A stretch of 64,000 bases of DNA from Candidatus Bathyarchaeota archaeon (GTDB lineage Archaea > Thermoproteota > Bathyarchaeia > Bathyarchaeales > Bathycorpusculaceae), in the NCBI GenBank assembly GCA_963767735.1, contig CAVYES010000008.1:203605-267604 (forward strand), read 5' to 3'. Shown here one piece after another: positions 31,084 to 43,313 of the stretch; positions within the stretch are counted from its first letter, which is position 1, and each line of letters opens with the position of its first letter. The position numbers and the translations under genes are program-made. Below the pieces are notes generated by a model that was not told the DNA's origin, did no database searches, and saw only the letters and a list, made by a program, of their open reading frames with translations.

Positions 31084-33231
31084 TTAACTATCTATACTGC
31101 GCACATGGGATGCGGGCTTCTTTGTGTCGGCGGTGCTTTGTGCATGGTTTAGACTTGTTTTTGGCTGATAGACGCACCATGGATCTTCAGTGAGATAATC
31201 GCTTTTTAACTCAGCAGGTTCATGGAGGTCCCCGCAGAAATCGATAAAGTCATTTGAGAGACCATAGGCGCGTGCTCGGCAGCCACCGCATAAGGCGCGG
31301 TATTCGCAGACTCCGCATTTGCCTTTCAGCGAATTAGGATTCCTTAGATCGGTGAAGATTTTTGAGTTGAACCATATTTCCTTAAAGCTTTTTTCTCGTA
31401 TATTTCCCAGTTTAATGGGCAAGTACGGGCAGGGTGTCACATCGCCATTTGGGTAAATGCGACAATAGTATAATCCTGCGATGCACCCTCGAATCCACTG
31501 TCTCATATCTAAGCCCATGTCTTTGGCGATTCGCATAAACTGCGGTGCACATGAGGGTCTCACGTTTAGTTTGTGATTTGCAGTTTTTGCGAAGGTTTTT
31601 GTAATCATTTCCTCATATTTTTCGGGGGAAATATCGTTTATTTTTGTTCCTCGACCAGTTGGAACAAGGAAAAACAAGTGAAAGTTTTCGACACCTATGC
31701 TCTCAGCTAATGACATTATGTCATCTATCTGATAATAGTTCTGCTGGGTTAATGTTGTGTTAACTTGAACAAGCACATTGTTTTTTCTCAAAGCATTACA
31801 TGCTTCGACTGCTTTCTCCCACGCGCCCGCAACTCCTCTGAACTCGTCATGCTGAGATGGAATATTGGAATCCAAGCTTATTGAAACGGTGGCTGTACCG
31901 GCATCCTTGAGTTTTTTCGCTACGGTTTCGTCAATGAGGCTTCCGTTGCTTCCAAGTCCCATCTTCAAGCCTTTCCTTGAGCCGTAGTTTATGAGTTCAA
32001 AAATGTCTTCGCGTAGAAGAGGTTCGCCGCCGCTCAGTATTAACAGTGGTGCGCTAACTTGGTAGATTTGATCCATGAGATTTTTGGCTTCTTGAGTGGT
32101 TAATTCATTGTCAAGTTTTTTCTCTGTAGCGTTAATGTAACAATGAGAACATTTCATGTTGCATTCGCGCGTGATGTTCCATGACATAACCAGCGGAATA
32201 AACCGTTCAGACGCCTTAGCCGCGGGCGAGTGTGAAAGTTTTAGGTAAAACTCGCAGTTTCCATGGGTCGCTATCCGTTTAGGTTGCCAAAGCGTAAACG
32301 GGAAAGGAAGCACCGTGTCCAACATTGCTTTGGCATGCGCAAAACAGAAATGGGTACAGAAAAGAGCAGCGGCCTGAGGCGGTATACCGTATTTTTCTTC
32401 GGCGTATTTGTGGCTTCCAAAAATTGGGCAATTCAAAAACTCCATGTGCCCGTCCAACGTTTCAGTGCTCATGGTGTAATTTATGTAGTGGTCGCTTAAC
32501 ATGATTGATTGCAGTTTTTCTCTTCTCATGCCAACTTTAAGCGTCACGTCAAGAGCTATGTCAACGGTTTCCCTACCAAACTTGTCCTGCACCCTTCCCA
32601 TAGTGCTCTCAAGCGCTGGCACGCCGATACTTTTCGACAGCTCAGCTGTTACTAGTAAACCCTTTATTGTTTCGTACTCTTGGATTAAACGCATCCGTAT
32701 AATCTGCTCTGCCCATAAACGGAACAATTTTTTTAGTGCAACAGATGCTTTTATATTCTTGTTGTCTAGCAGGCTTTCGACTGCTTTCTTTTCATTGGTT
32801 AGATTTATGAAAAGGCTGATTTTTTCGGCTGTTCCAAGATGTGGGGTTGAGGCTACCTCATGAAAGCTTAAAGTAAACGGCGTAACTTCCATTGTCAGCT
32901 CTTTCACGTCAGATTCAAAATCGCTGTAAATCTTGTCAAGGTTTATGGATATGTCCGGTACGCTTACATGCAACTCCTCAATAAGCGCGCGTGTTTCCGA
33001 CTCCATCTTCGTAACCATCGCCATATGATACAAAAGTGAGCCAGCCATGCCTGGATCGGCATGTTTGCCGCCGTTTTCTCCGTTAAAAATTTGAGAAAAC
33101 AGCAACTTTGCCAAATCAAAGTCTTTTTCTGTTATTGCAGTTAAGGCTTGGTTGAGTTTCTGTTGTCTTGCAAGTAAAAGTTGAGCCCATTTATGGCATT
33201 GTCCGGCGTCGAATTTTGTTAACGAATCCAC
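31084..33231 (-). CDS. Radical SAM/SPASM enzyme (AhbC/AhbD/NirJ-like) with ~340-aa N-terminal extension
   Basis: WNITRECNMKCSHCY, SGGEPL, SPASM CIAG..PCPY..GKCGVCEYRALCGGCRARA..DPWC. Confidence 0.85.
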   Translation of the reverse strand: MDSLTKFDAGQCHKWAQLLLARQQKLNQALTAITEKDFDLAKLLFSQIFNGENGGKHADPGMAGSLLYHMAMVTKMESETRALIEELHVSVPDISINLDKIYSDFESDVKELTMEVTPFTLSFHEVASTPHLGTAEKISLFINLTNEKKAVESLLDNKNIKASVALKKLFRLWAEQIIRMRLIQEYETIKGLLVTAELSKSIGVPALESTMGRVQDKFGRETVDIALDVTLKVGMRREKLQSIMLSDHYINYTMSTETLDGHMEFLNCPIFGSHKYAEEKYGIPPQAAALFCTHFCFAHAKAMLDTVLPFPFTLWQPKRIATHGNCEFYLKLSHSPAAKASERFIPLVMSWNITRECNMKCSHCYINATEKKLDNELTTQEAKNLMDQIYQVSAPLLILSGGEPLLREDIFELINYGSRKGLKMGLGSNGSLIDETVAKKLKDAGTATVSISLDSNIPSQHDEFRGVAGAWEKAVEACNALRKNNVLVQVNTTLTQQNYYQIDDIMSLAESIGVENFHLFFLVPTGRGTKINDISPEKYEEMITKTFAKTANHKLNVRPSCAPQFMRIAKDMGLDMRQWIRGCIAGLYYCRIYPNGDVTPCPYLPIKLGNIREKSFKEIWFNSKIFTDLRNPNSLKGKCGVCEYRALCGGCRARAYGLSNDFIDFCGDLHEPAELKSDYLTEDPWCVYQPKTSLNHAQSTADTKKPASHVRSIDS

Positions 33232-33375
33232 ATCCTCAAGGTAGTTAAGATTCTCATGTGAGGGTAAAAAAACCTAGCGGTAAAATATTCTTTGATTAAC
33301 GATAATGCGTCTCATCTGATGTTTTAATTTCGATAAGCTAATTAAGCTCTAAATTAACCATAAGCCACATCAAGG

Positions 33376-33672
33376 GTGAAAAGTTTGAGTTACGATTGGA
33401 TCTTTGCGTTAATAGGCTTCCTGATTATGTTTGGCTTCTTAGGGGGCATCGGCATAAACAAGCCCCGAGGAATGAGCGTTAAAATGTGGTGCGCTGGTTA
33501 CCTAGGCGTTGCATTAGTTTTCGATGCGCTTGTAGTTTTAGGGCTGATCGGGCAAATTGCCTTAGTCACCGATTTGCTTTTGGGGCTTTCTGCAGGCGCC
33601 GCCACAGGGTTAGCCCTGCATGTCATGCATCATATCAATGAAGAAGGCGAACACCCAACAATTATGGGTTAA
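33376..33672 (+). CDS. Small three-TM membrane protein
   Basis: Three hydrophobic stretches; fills the intergenic gap. Confidence 0.55.
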   Translation: MKSLSYDWIFALIGFLIMFGFLGGIGINKPRGMSVKMWCAGYLGVALVFDALVVLGLIGQIALVTDLLLGLSAGAATGLALHVMHHINEEGEHPTIMG

Positions 33673-33714
33673 ATCGAATAATTTTCTTAAAATTTTATAT
33701 ATTTTTTTGTAGAT

Positions 33715-35583
33715 TTAGCCCCTTAGCCTGCTTAAGCTTTTATCAACATATTCTATTTGCAGCTTGCTTAACGTCTCGGATGTAGGTACGCCGTCTTGGT
33801 CCCATCCTGCTTGGAGATAGTATTGCTGCACTTTTTGTTTCACACTTGCTTTGTCAGCGGCTTGCCCCTTGCATGGTCCCGAAGGCAGAGGCTCATAGAA
33901 TCTTTCTGGGTTGTCATCATCAACTTTTGGATTCCACTGTAAATCTGGTCCACCCAAAAGCAGAAGTGCACGTTGTATCTGCAGCGTTTTCATTCCTCCA
34001 CCATTTAGCCATCCCTTGCGGCTTAAGCTTTGACCTGTGACTGCATTGTAGAATTCATATCTAAAGTTTGGCGATATGCTGAATGAAGTGAAGATGCACA
34101 TTACCGCTGAATCGTTGAATATTTGCCAAATCTCACTGCCCCAACCGTCAATGGGCAAGTCAGTCATGGATGAGTGGTCGCCTCCCTGCACGCTGCAGGC
34201 GTAGCCTATTTCCCGTGAAAAATCTCTTCCGCTTCGGATGCCATGCGCGCCGATGCTGATGCCCTTGCTTGTCACAGCGTATGGCAAAAGGTTTTTGGCT
34301 TTCATTTTTCCAAGCTTAAGCGCAGCGCGATAAGTGCCTTCAGCAAGCAAGTTTCCTATACCTTCTCGATACGCGATTTTCTTTGCTAAAACTGCAAACG
34401 CGTCAGCGTCACCCCATTTCAACTCTAAACCATCCAGGTCAACTTTCGTTAAGATGCCGCGTTGGAACAGCTCAGCCGCAAACCCCATGACGCTGCCTGC
34501 TTGGATGCCGCACATGCCTAAATCTTCAATAAGCGATGACAAATACACGTTCTCTTCAGGCGTGAACAACCCCAAATTTGGACCCAGAAAAGCCTGCAGC
34601 TCATAATCCGGATTATCCGTTATCGCACCTTTGTATTTGCCGGTGCGGATACAGCTGATTTTCAAGCAGTTTGTGGGGCAACCGAAATCGCTCCATGCAG
34701 GTTTAACCCAAACCTTGCTCTCAAACTGATCTACGCCGTAACTTCTCTGGTCATGCCACTCCTCCTGCCAATTCCGAACGGGCTCAGAACTGGTTTCTGC
34801 TCCGAAATTGTAGCCTCCTCCGCCGGTTCCCCATCTGCGCCACAAAACGTTAGCGTAAGAGCCCTTGCAGACGTCATCGATCATCTGCTTGATTTTCTTC
34901 AAATCAGCGACTTCAGGCAGCGGTCCCGTGCCTTTAACCGCCACGGCTTTAAGGTTTTTTGAACCCATAACTGCCCCATAGCCACCATAGCCAGCCGCAT
35001 GAGTCCACTTAGCAACAACCACCGATGTACGAACTTTCCGTTCACCCGCAGGCCCAATGTAGAGTTTAGCTGGCTCCTTCCAAACACCGACATGTGGATA
35101 ACGCTCAGTTAGCAAGCGTCGGCATTCACGATTCAACAAAGTGTCTGTTTGTTTGCCGTCTTTGCCCCAGATGTCGCTAGCATCCCTGAGCTCCACATCA
35201 GAATCCTTAATGAATAGGTAAACAGGTTTCTCAGCTTTACCTGATACGATTACGCCGTCGTACCCTGCGCATCGGAGCTCAACCCCGAATTCGCCGCCAA
35301 CCGTGGAGCCTACCATACCGTTGCTTTGGGGCGATTTGCCTGTTACACATGTTCTGCCACCTGGGAAATACCCCGTGAAAGGTCCGGGCATAAAAAACAG
35401 AATGTTTTCTGGTCCAAGAGGGTCAATGTTCTCCCATTTCGAGATGAGTCTTTCGCTTAATATTTTTGCGGCGAGCGCTCTGCCTCCAACATAGTCTTTG
35501 AGCCACTCTTCTGGAAGCGTTGTGTTTTTGAAGCTCGATTTTGAAAGGTCCACTTCCAAGAATTTTCCGGCGTAACCAAGCAT
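33715..35583 (-). CDS. Tungsten-dependent aldehyde ferredoxin oxidoreductase family protein
   Basis: GYAGKFLEVDLS, KSPQS, GAVMGSKNLKAVAV, PDYE, YYLQAGWD..GVP. Confidence 0.92.
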   Translation of the reverse strand: MLGYAGKFLEVDLSKSSFKNTTLPEEWLKDYVGGRALAAKILSERLISKWENIDPLGPENILFFMPGPFTGYFPGGRTCVTGKSPQSNGMVGSTVGGEFGVELRCAGYDGVIVSGKAEKPVYLFIKDSDVELRDASDIWGKDGKQTDTLLNRECRRLLTERYPHVGVWKEPAKLYIGPAGERKVRTSVVVAKWTHAAGYGGYGAVMGSKNLKAVAVKGTGPLPEVADLKKIKQMIDDVCKGSYANVLWRRWGTGGGGYNFGAETSSEPVRNWQEEWHDQRSYGVDQFESKVWVKPAWSDFGCPTNCLKISCIRTGKYKGAITDNPDYELQAFLGPNLGLFTPEENVYLSSLIEDLGMCGIQAGSVMGFAAELFQRGILTKVDLDGLELKWGDADAFAVLAKKIAYREGIGNLLAEGTYRAALKLGKMKAKNLLPYAVTSKGISIGAHGIRSGRDFSREIGYACSVQGGDHSSMTDLPIDGWGSEIWQIFNDSAVMCIFTSFSISPNFRYEFYNAVTGQSLSRKGWLNGGGMKTLQIQRALLLLGGPDLQWNPKVDDDNPERFYEPLPSGPCKGQAADKASVKQKVQQYYLQAGWDQDGVPTSETLSKLQIEYVDKSLSRLRG

Positions 35584-36122
35584 TAAAATAACTCCTCGGC
35601 TTTCTCGCCATATAACTTAGTGGCAAGGTTTCTAGCAGTCACCTCTGGAGTGCGCGCGTAAAGTTTGAACTCGTGATCTCCCCGGTCAACAGCTTTTAAG
35701 CAGTTCCAACCGCCTTCCTGGCAGACTTTGGTGCACTGCGGGTCGCCGCCGCACAGGTCGCAGATCAAAATTTTCTTACTCTTAGGGTGAATATGCGGAA
35801 CTTTACCCGGGCACGCATCTATGCATATGCCGCAGCCAGTGCATTTGTTCACGTTAACGATGACGGCGCTGGTGATCTTATTTATGCTGAGTGCTTTGAA
35901 TGGACAAACCTCAACACAGGGATAATCCTCACATTGCGTGCATAAATGGGGAAATTCTGCCCCTGGAACAAGCATAAACACGCGAACTCTAGAAGCTTCA
36001 GGCCAAATTTTGTTCTCGTGACTCAGAGAGCAGGCGATTTCGCATTTGCGGCAACCGCTGCATTTTGTGAATTCTCGGCTTATCCAGATTGGGTTAGTGT
36101 TTTTTATTGTATTTTCTGCCAT
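35583..36122 (-). CDS. 4Fe-4S dicluster subunit partnered with the AOR
   Basis: Four Cys clusters: CSGCRKCEIAC, CTQCEDYPCVEVCP, CTGCGICIDACP, CDLCGGDPQC. Confidence 0.9.
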   Translation of the reverse strand: MAENTIKNTNPIWISREFTKCSGCRKCEIACSLSHENKIWPEASRVRVFMLVPGAEFPHLCTQCEDYPCVEVCPFKALSINKITSAVIVNVNKCTGCGICIDACPGKVPHIHPKSKKILICDLCGGDPQCTKVCQEGGWNCLKAVDRGDHEFKLYARTPEVTARNLATKLYGEKAEELF

Positions 36123-36551
36123 TCTTTATCACATATAATGCAATTACAAGCCTTACCAAGGTTCTGCTTTTAAGTAGAAAAGTGTTTTGGAAATCTGCGA
36201 CTCATCCTCGAGTTTTAATTCTGAGATAATAATTGCCAATAGAAAGGATTCAATCTCACTTTCCTAGTTTCTTCAAGACCTGTCAAACTTGCCCCACAAA
36301 AGTTCGGGTTCACAACACAATATTCTGAAATCTGCCATTTTTTAGAAAATAGTGATTATTTTAATTATCGTTTCCAATAGAGCGGGGTGCTGTTTGTCTT
36401 TTTTTCTCATTTTTTTAACGTTATATTTTGCATTAAGATTGAAAAATTAACTAATTTTATTTAAGTAAATATGCGAATCTATTCGTTATATAAATTGACA
36501 ACATTTATATGCAGATAAGAAACACAAATCTTTCCAAAGGATGAGGCATTT

Positions 36552-38488
36552 ATGGGAAAGTCCCTTACACGAAAAATAATAGAAAAACATCTGGTAGCAG
36601 GCGAATACGTACCAGGCAACGAGATAGGCATAAAGATTGATCAAACCCTGACTCAGGACGCCACAGGAACAATGGCATACCTGCAGTTCGAGGCAATGGG
36701 TCTGAAACAGGTGAAGACCGAGCTTTCCGTCAGCTACGTAGACCACAACACCATCCAGGTGGGTTTCGAGAACGCCGACGACCACAAGTACCTTCAAACA
36801 GTGGCCGCCAAATATGGCATTGTTTACTCAAAGGCGGGAAACGGAATATGCCATCAAGTCCATTTGGAAAGGTTCGGCAAGCCCGGAAAGACCCTTCTCG
36901 GTTCCGACAGCCACACAACGACCGGAGGCGGAATCGGCATGATAGCCATTGGAGCCGGCGGACTGGATGTTGCTGTAGCCATGGGCGGAGGCGAGTTCTA
37001 CTTAACATGCCCAAAAGTTTACAAGATAAACCTCACGGGCAGTCTCCAGCCTTGGGTTAGCGCCAAAGACGTGGTTTTGAAAATGCTGGAGATGTTCACA
37101 GTGAAGGGCAATGTCGGCGTATCATTGAATATGCTGGGCCAGGCGTAAAGAACCTCTCTGTTCCAGAGAGAGCAACAATCACCAACATGGGAGCGGAGAT
37201 GGGTGTCACAACTTCCATATTTCCCTCGGACGAGGAGACCAAAAAGTTCCTCAAGGCACAGGGCAGGGAAGCCGATTGGGTCGAGCTAAAAGCTGACGAT
37301 GATGCGGAGTATGACAAAATTGTAGACCTTGACCTCAGCGAGTTGGAGCCTCTTGCGGCGGCGCCGCATAGCCCAGGCAACATAGTCCGAGTAAGTGACA
37401 TGAAGGATATGAAGGTTGATCAAGTGATGCTTGGCTCCTGCACCAATTCTTCCTACAAAGAAATAGCCACTGTAGCCAAAATTATGAAGGGCAAAAAGGT
37501 TCATCCAGACGTATCATTCGGAGTTGCGCCAGGCTCAAGACAAGTTCTGCAGATGGCGGCAAGAGATGGTTACATCGGTGACCTGCTAGATTCTGGCGCT
37601 AGATTGCTGGAGGCGACATGTGGATTCTGCATCGGCAACAGCCAAAGCCCCAAATCGACCGGCGTTTCTCTAAGGACAAGCAACCGAAACTTCGAGGGAA
37701 GAAGCGGCACGGCGGATGCACAGGTCTACCTTGTAAGCCCAGAAGTTGCGGCTGTGGCAGCAATCACAGGAAAATTGACAGATCCCACGAAAAGCAGGCA
37801 TAGAGTACCCGAAAGTTAGCATGCCAACAAAATTCCTCATAGACGACTCCATGTTTATTTTCCCCAAAGACGCCGACAAAAACGTTGAGATAGTCAAGGG
37901 GACCAAACATTGGCGCGCCACCAGTCAATGATCCAAATGCCTGAACAAATAGATGGGCGTTATCGGCATAAAAGTCGGCGACAAAATCACAACAGACCAC
38001 ATAATGCCTGCTGGAGCCAGACTCAAATACCGCTCTAATGTGCCAGAATATTCAAAATATGTTTTTGAACCGATTGACAAAGCATTTCCAACCAGAGCAA
38101 TGGAAGCAAAAAAGAAAGGGCTTGCACACAGTCATCGTTGCAGGCGAATCCTATGGTCAAGGAAGTTCCAGAGAGCACGCTGCACTATGCCCGATGTACC
38201 TTGGCGTCAAGGCAATCATAGCCAAGTCGGTGGAGCGAATCCACGCGGCTAACCTTGTAAACTTCGGCATAATCTCACTGTCTTTCAAGAACATGGCTGA
38301 CTATGACAAGATAGAGCAGGGCGACGAAATTGAAATACCAGACATCAAAAAGAAACTGCAGAACAACGAGCCAGTCATCTTGGTGGACAAGACCAAGAAC
38401 CTGCAAATCGAGCTTGGATACAACCTTTCCCAGAGACAGAAAGACATTCTTTACGCGGGCGGTCTGCTTCCCGTACACAGTCAAGTAA
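36552..38488 (+). CDS. acn: Aconitate hydratase, single-chain (several indels)
   Basis: [63 protein letters not shown]. Confidence 0.9.
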
Positions 38489-38508
38489 GAAGAAAAGAGG
38501 AATCTGCA

Positions 38509-39729
38509 ATGAACAAAATAAAGGTAAAGACACCAATCGTCGAGATAGACGGAGACGAAATGACCCGAGTAATGTGGCAAATGGTCAAAGACCAGCTTCT
38601 TTTGCCCTATCTTGGACATGAACCTTGCATACTACGACCTCCAGCTAAAGAAGAGGGACGAGACTGACGACAAAATAACCCTCGAAGCAGCAGAAGCCAT
38701 AAAGAAATACGGTGTCGGCGTAAAATGCGCCACCATCACGCCGAACAAGGACCGGGTTAAGGAATACAACCTAAAGCAGGAATGGAAGAGCCCCAACGGA
38801 ACAATCAGAGCCGCGCTCGATGGCACAGTTTTCAGGGCACCCATCTTGGTGAAGAATATTCTGCCCGCAGTCAGGTCCTGGAAGAAACCAATCCACATCG
38901 GAAGACACGCCTACGGTGACGTGTACAAGAACTGCGAGTACAGGGTTCCAGAAGCTGGAAAAGCCGAGATTGCTGTTCACAAACACCGCAGGCAAGGAAC
39001 TTTGGCGTGGAACCATTCAGGACTTCAAAGGTCCAGGCATCATTCAAGGCATTCACAACACCGACAAATCCATAGCCAGCTTCGCCAAAGCCTGCTTCAC
39101 TTACGCCTATGACCAGAAACTTCATGTGTGGTTTGGTGCCAAGGACACGATTTCCAAAACTTATGACGCGCAATTCCGCAAGATATTCGAAGAGGAATAC
39201 CAGAATAACTGGAAAGCAAAATATGAGGAAGCGGGACTTGAATATTTCTTCACCCTCATCGACGATGCTGTTGCTAGGATAATGAAGACCGAGGGCGGTA
39301 TGCTCTGGGCATGCAAGAACTATGATGGCGACGTTATGAGCGACATGCTGGGCTCAGCCTATGGCAGCTTAGCAATGATGACCTCCGTTCTTGTTAGCCC
39401 TCAGGGATACTACGAGTTTGAAGCTTCTCACGGCACAGTCCAGAAGCACTATTACAAATACCTGAAGGGTGAAAAGACCTCAAGCAACTCCATGGCTCTA
39501 ATATTTGCTTGGACTGGTTGCCTCAGAAAGAGGGGCGAACTGGATCAAGACACCAGAAGTCGTGGAATTCGCGAAGAAGCTGGAAGAGGCGGCTCTTGAA
39601 ACTGTTGAAAGCGGCATCATGACTGGTGATTTGATGGTTGTTGCCACACCAGACCCAAAGAACAGGAAGGTTTACACCGAGGAGTTTATTGCCGAAGTGG
39701 CAAAAAGGCTCAAGAAAAAGCTTGAATAG
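38509..39729 (+). CDS. icd: NADP-dependent isocitrate dehydrogenase, type II (indels)
   Basis: [47 protein letters not shown]. Confidence 0.93.
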
Positions 39730-39742
39730 AGGAGAAGATAGA

Positions 39743-41059
39743 ATGGCGCACAAAGCGATCAGAGAAGCTGACGGCAAACGCATGCTCGCCCGTCTATTTA
39801 AAGACTACTCCGAAGGAAAATACGACATCTCAGACAAGATTGTCACTGTCGGACCAGATACCGACATGGCGAAACTGCCGAATCAATACAAGTGGCTAAC
39901 AACCGAAAAATTGGTTGTCAAACCTGACCAGCTGATAAAGCGCAGAGGAAAAAACAAACTCATCCTTGTCGACGCAAACTACGACCAAGCTAAGAAGTGG
40001 ATAGAAGAGAAATCCAAGGGACCGATAACAATCTACGGCAAGTTTGATGCCAACGGAAAACCAGTGGACAAAGGAACAGTTGGGCAACTTACGCACTTCA
40101 TCATTGAGCCAATGGTACCCCACAAAGAATCGGACGAATGCTACCTTGCAATAATGTCAACCAAAGACGGCGACACAATCATGTTCTACCACGAAGGCGG
40201 AGTAAACGTTGGAGATGTGGACGCAAAGGCGGCACGCTTAGAAGTACCCATCGGCACATTCCCGACAGCTGGCAGAAATCGAGAAGAAACTTCTGGCAAA
40301 AGTCACGGCTGAACGCAAAAAGCGCCTTTCAGGCTTCATAGAAGCTTTGTTCAAATTCTATGCAGACCTGAACTTCACCTATTTAGAAATAAACCCCATT
40401 GTAGTGACAGAGGATTCGGTTATCCCACTGGACCTTGCAGCTAAACTGGACAGCACTGCCGAGTTTGAAAGCGGTAGCAAATGGGGCAACATAGAGTTTC
40501 CTGCACCCTTCGGTCGAACTCCATACTAAAGAAGAAGCTTTCATTGAAGACTTGGATGCTCAAGACTGGGGCTTCGCTTAAACTAACTGTTCTCAACCCT
40601 GAAGGAAGAGTTTGGACAATGGTTGCAGGCGGCGGCGCATCAGTCATATACGCAGACACAATTACCGACCTTGGCTGCATGAATGAGTTGGCCAATTACG
40701 GCGAATATTCAGGAGACCCAAGCGAGGAATTCACCTATCTCTACGCCAAAACAATACTTGACCTCATGACTCGAAATCCAAACCCAAAAGGCAAGTTCCT
40801 GCTCATAGGCGGTGGCATAGCAAATTTCACCGACGTAGCCAGCACATTCAAGGGCATAATCAAAGCCCTCAAAGAGTACCAAAGAGAACTTCAGGAGAAC
40901 AAGGTCAAGATCTACGTTCGCAGAGGCGGACCCAACTATCAGGAAGGCTTGTGCCAGATGAGAGCGCTCGGCGAGAAGCTAGGCGTGCCGATTGAAGTCT
41001 ATGGACCAGAAACTCACATGACCAAAATTGTTTCCATGGCTTTGAAGGGAGGAAAGTAA
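39743..41059 (+). CDS. aclB: ATP-citrate lyase, ATP-grasp/citrate-binding subunit (indels)
   Basis: [59 protein letters not shown]. Confidence 0.92.
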
Positions 41060-41060
41060 G

Positions 41061-42917
41061 ATGGCAAAGGCAAAATCAGCCAAGAAGACCAATCCATATG
41101 AATTGTTCGATCGAAATACCCAAGCATTCATCTACAATAACCAGGTCAATGCAACGCAGAGGATGCTGGATTTTGACTATGCATCATGCCGCGAGACACC
41201 TTCAGTCGCAGCAATAATCAACCCCACTGGCTCAGACAGTTTCTCAAAGTTCTTCTTCGGCACACGAGAAATCCTAATACCAGTTTACAAGACCATCGAG
41301 AAAGCCGCAAAGATGCATCCTAACGTTGATGTCATGATAAACTTTGCATCCTTTCAGGTCAGCGGCAGCCTCAACTGAAGAAGCAATGGCCATACCGCAG
41401 ATACGGACCATTGTAATAATCGCTGAAGGCGTGCCTGAGAGGCGAACAAAACTTCTCACCGCCAAGGCCAAAGCCCTCGGAAAAGTCATCATCGGTCCCG
41501 CGACTGTTGGAGGAATAAAAGCCGGCTGCTTCAAAATCGGCAACGCTGGCGGCACAATCGAAAACATCATTGAATCCAAACTTCACAGACCCGGTTCCGT
41601 GGGTTTCGTATCTAAATCCGGCGGTTTGAGCAACGAAGCATACAACATCATCGCTCGAAACACAGACGGTTTGTACGAGGGCATAGCCATCGGCGGGGAC
41701 ACATACCCAGGCTCCACACTGCTAGAACATCTTTTAAGGTTCGAGAACATTCCCGAGATCAAAATGCTGGTGTGCTTGGGTGAAGTAGGTGGAAACGCCG
41801 AGTACGAGATTGCTGAGGCAATCAAGAACAAGAAGATAACAAAGCCGCTGGTGATTTGGGTTACTGGGACATGCTCCAAAGCATTCAAGACGGAAGTTCA
41901 GTTCGGCCATGCTGGCGCAAAAGCAGGCTGTGAAGTGGAAACCGCCGACGCAAAAAACGCCGCTCTCAAAGCCGCTGGCGCCATAGTTCCCAATTCATAT
42001 GACGACTATGACCAAGCGATAAAAGCCACATACGAGAGCTTAGTCAAAGCAGGGCATCATCAAGCCAAAGCCAGAACCCCCAGTGCCGAAGATCCCAATG
42101 GACTACGCCAAGGCAATGAAAGAAGGGCTCATCAGAAAACCTTCCAACTTTATCTGCACAATATCCGACGACCGAGGAGAAGAACTGCTTTACGGCAAGA
42201 TGCCTATTTCCGAGGTCTTCAAAAAAGACATAGGAATCGGCGGAGTACTCAGTATCCTCTGGTTCAAACGCCTATTCCCAGCATATGCGACCAAATTCAT
42301 AGAAATGACCATTATGGTTACAGCAGACCATGGACCCGCAGTTTCTGGCGCCCATAACACCATAGTTGCGGCTAGAGCAGGCAAAGACTTGATGTCTTCA
42401 GTTGCAAGCGGCATGTTAACTATTGGTCCCAGGTTCGGAGGTGCCATCGACGGTGCAGCAGAAATGTTCTCCAACGCCTATGACATGAGGATTAACCCCG
42501 ATCCAGTTTGTCGAGGAAATGAAAGCGAAAGGTGAGAACATCCAAGGCATCGGACACTTAGTAAAGAGCATACACAACCCTGACAAGAGAGTCACGATCC
42601 TGAAAGAATACGCAAAGAAACACTTCAAAAGCACCCCGCTCTTGGACTACGCCCTTGAGGTAGAGAAGATCACAACAGCAAAGAAAGACAACCTTATCCT
42701 AAACGTTGACGGCTGCATCGGAATTTGCTTCGTCGACATGCTGAGAAGCGAGATGCCAAAGAATGAAGCCGACGAATACATACGGATGGGCGGACTAAAC
42801 GGTTTATTCGTGGTAGGCAGAACCATTGGCATGACAGCGCATTTCCTAGATCAGAAACGGCTTAAACAGGGTCTCTACAGACACCCATGGGACGACATTG
42901 CTTACATGACAGAATAG
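41061..42917 (+). CDS. aclA: ATP-citrate lyase, CoA-binding/citryl-CoA lyase subunit (indels)
   Basis: [24 protein letters not shown] (phospho-His), [28 protein letters not shown]. Confidence 0.92.
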
Positions 42918-42996
42918 ACTTCTCTCTAAGAATCTGAAAGCGGTTTTTTCTTGACCGCCATTTTTTCAATTAAGCATTAAGACTTTTTTGCGCGTT

Positions 42997-43274
42997 TTAT
43001 TCTTCGCTCTCGACCAAACGTCTGAGCCATTCTAAATAATCATTTCCTGAAAGCCACTCAACGTGAGGTTTTTCTGAACTCTTGAAAGGCATGATCCGCA
43101 CAAAATGACGACCATCCGCAGTCTTAAACAAAACAGCCTTGAAATCACCAAAGTCACTAACGCCTTCAGCAATCTTTTCCATCTTGCTAAATCAGCCCAT
43201 AACAAGTACTCCGAGTCTGCATATAAAATTAACCTACGTTCAGGTTCCCTGCATTTTTCCACTAAAGAGACCAA
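42997..43274 (-). CDS. Hypothetical protein (two overlapping ORFs, probably one frameshifted gene)
   Basis: ORFs 43032-43274 and 42997-43182 join plausibly at ..LWADLA/MEKIAEGV.. Confidence 0.4.
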
Positions 43275-43313
43275 GGGCTACCCCATATGAACATGTTTCT
43301 GGCACGACCTATT

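Noticed and set aside
11537-42917. Apparent mass pseudogenisation or programmed recoding (split DP2, ahcY, GGGPS, acn, icd, acl, phoU, pyrE)
   Set aside because: Breaks are single-base indels, often in homopolymers, and hit essential genes such as DP2 while all catalytic motifs stay intact. Best explained as long-read sequencing error.
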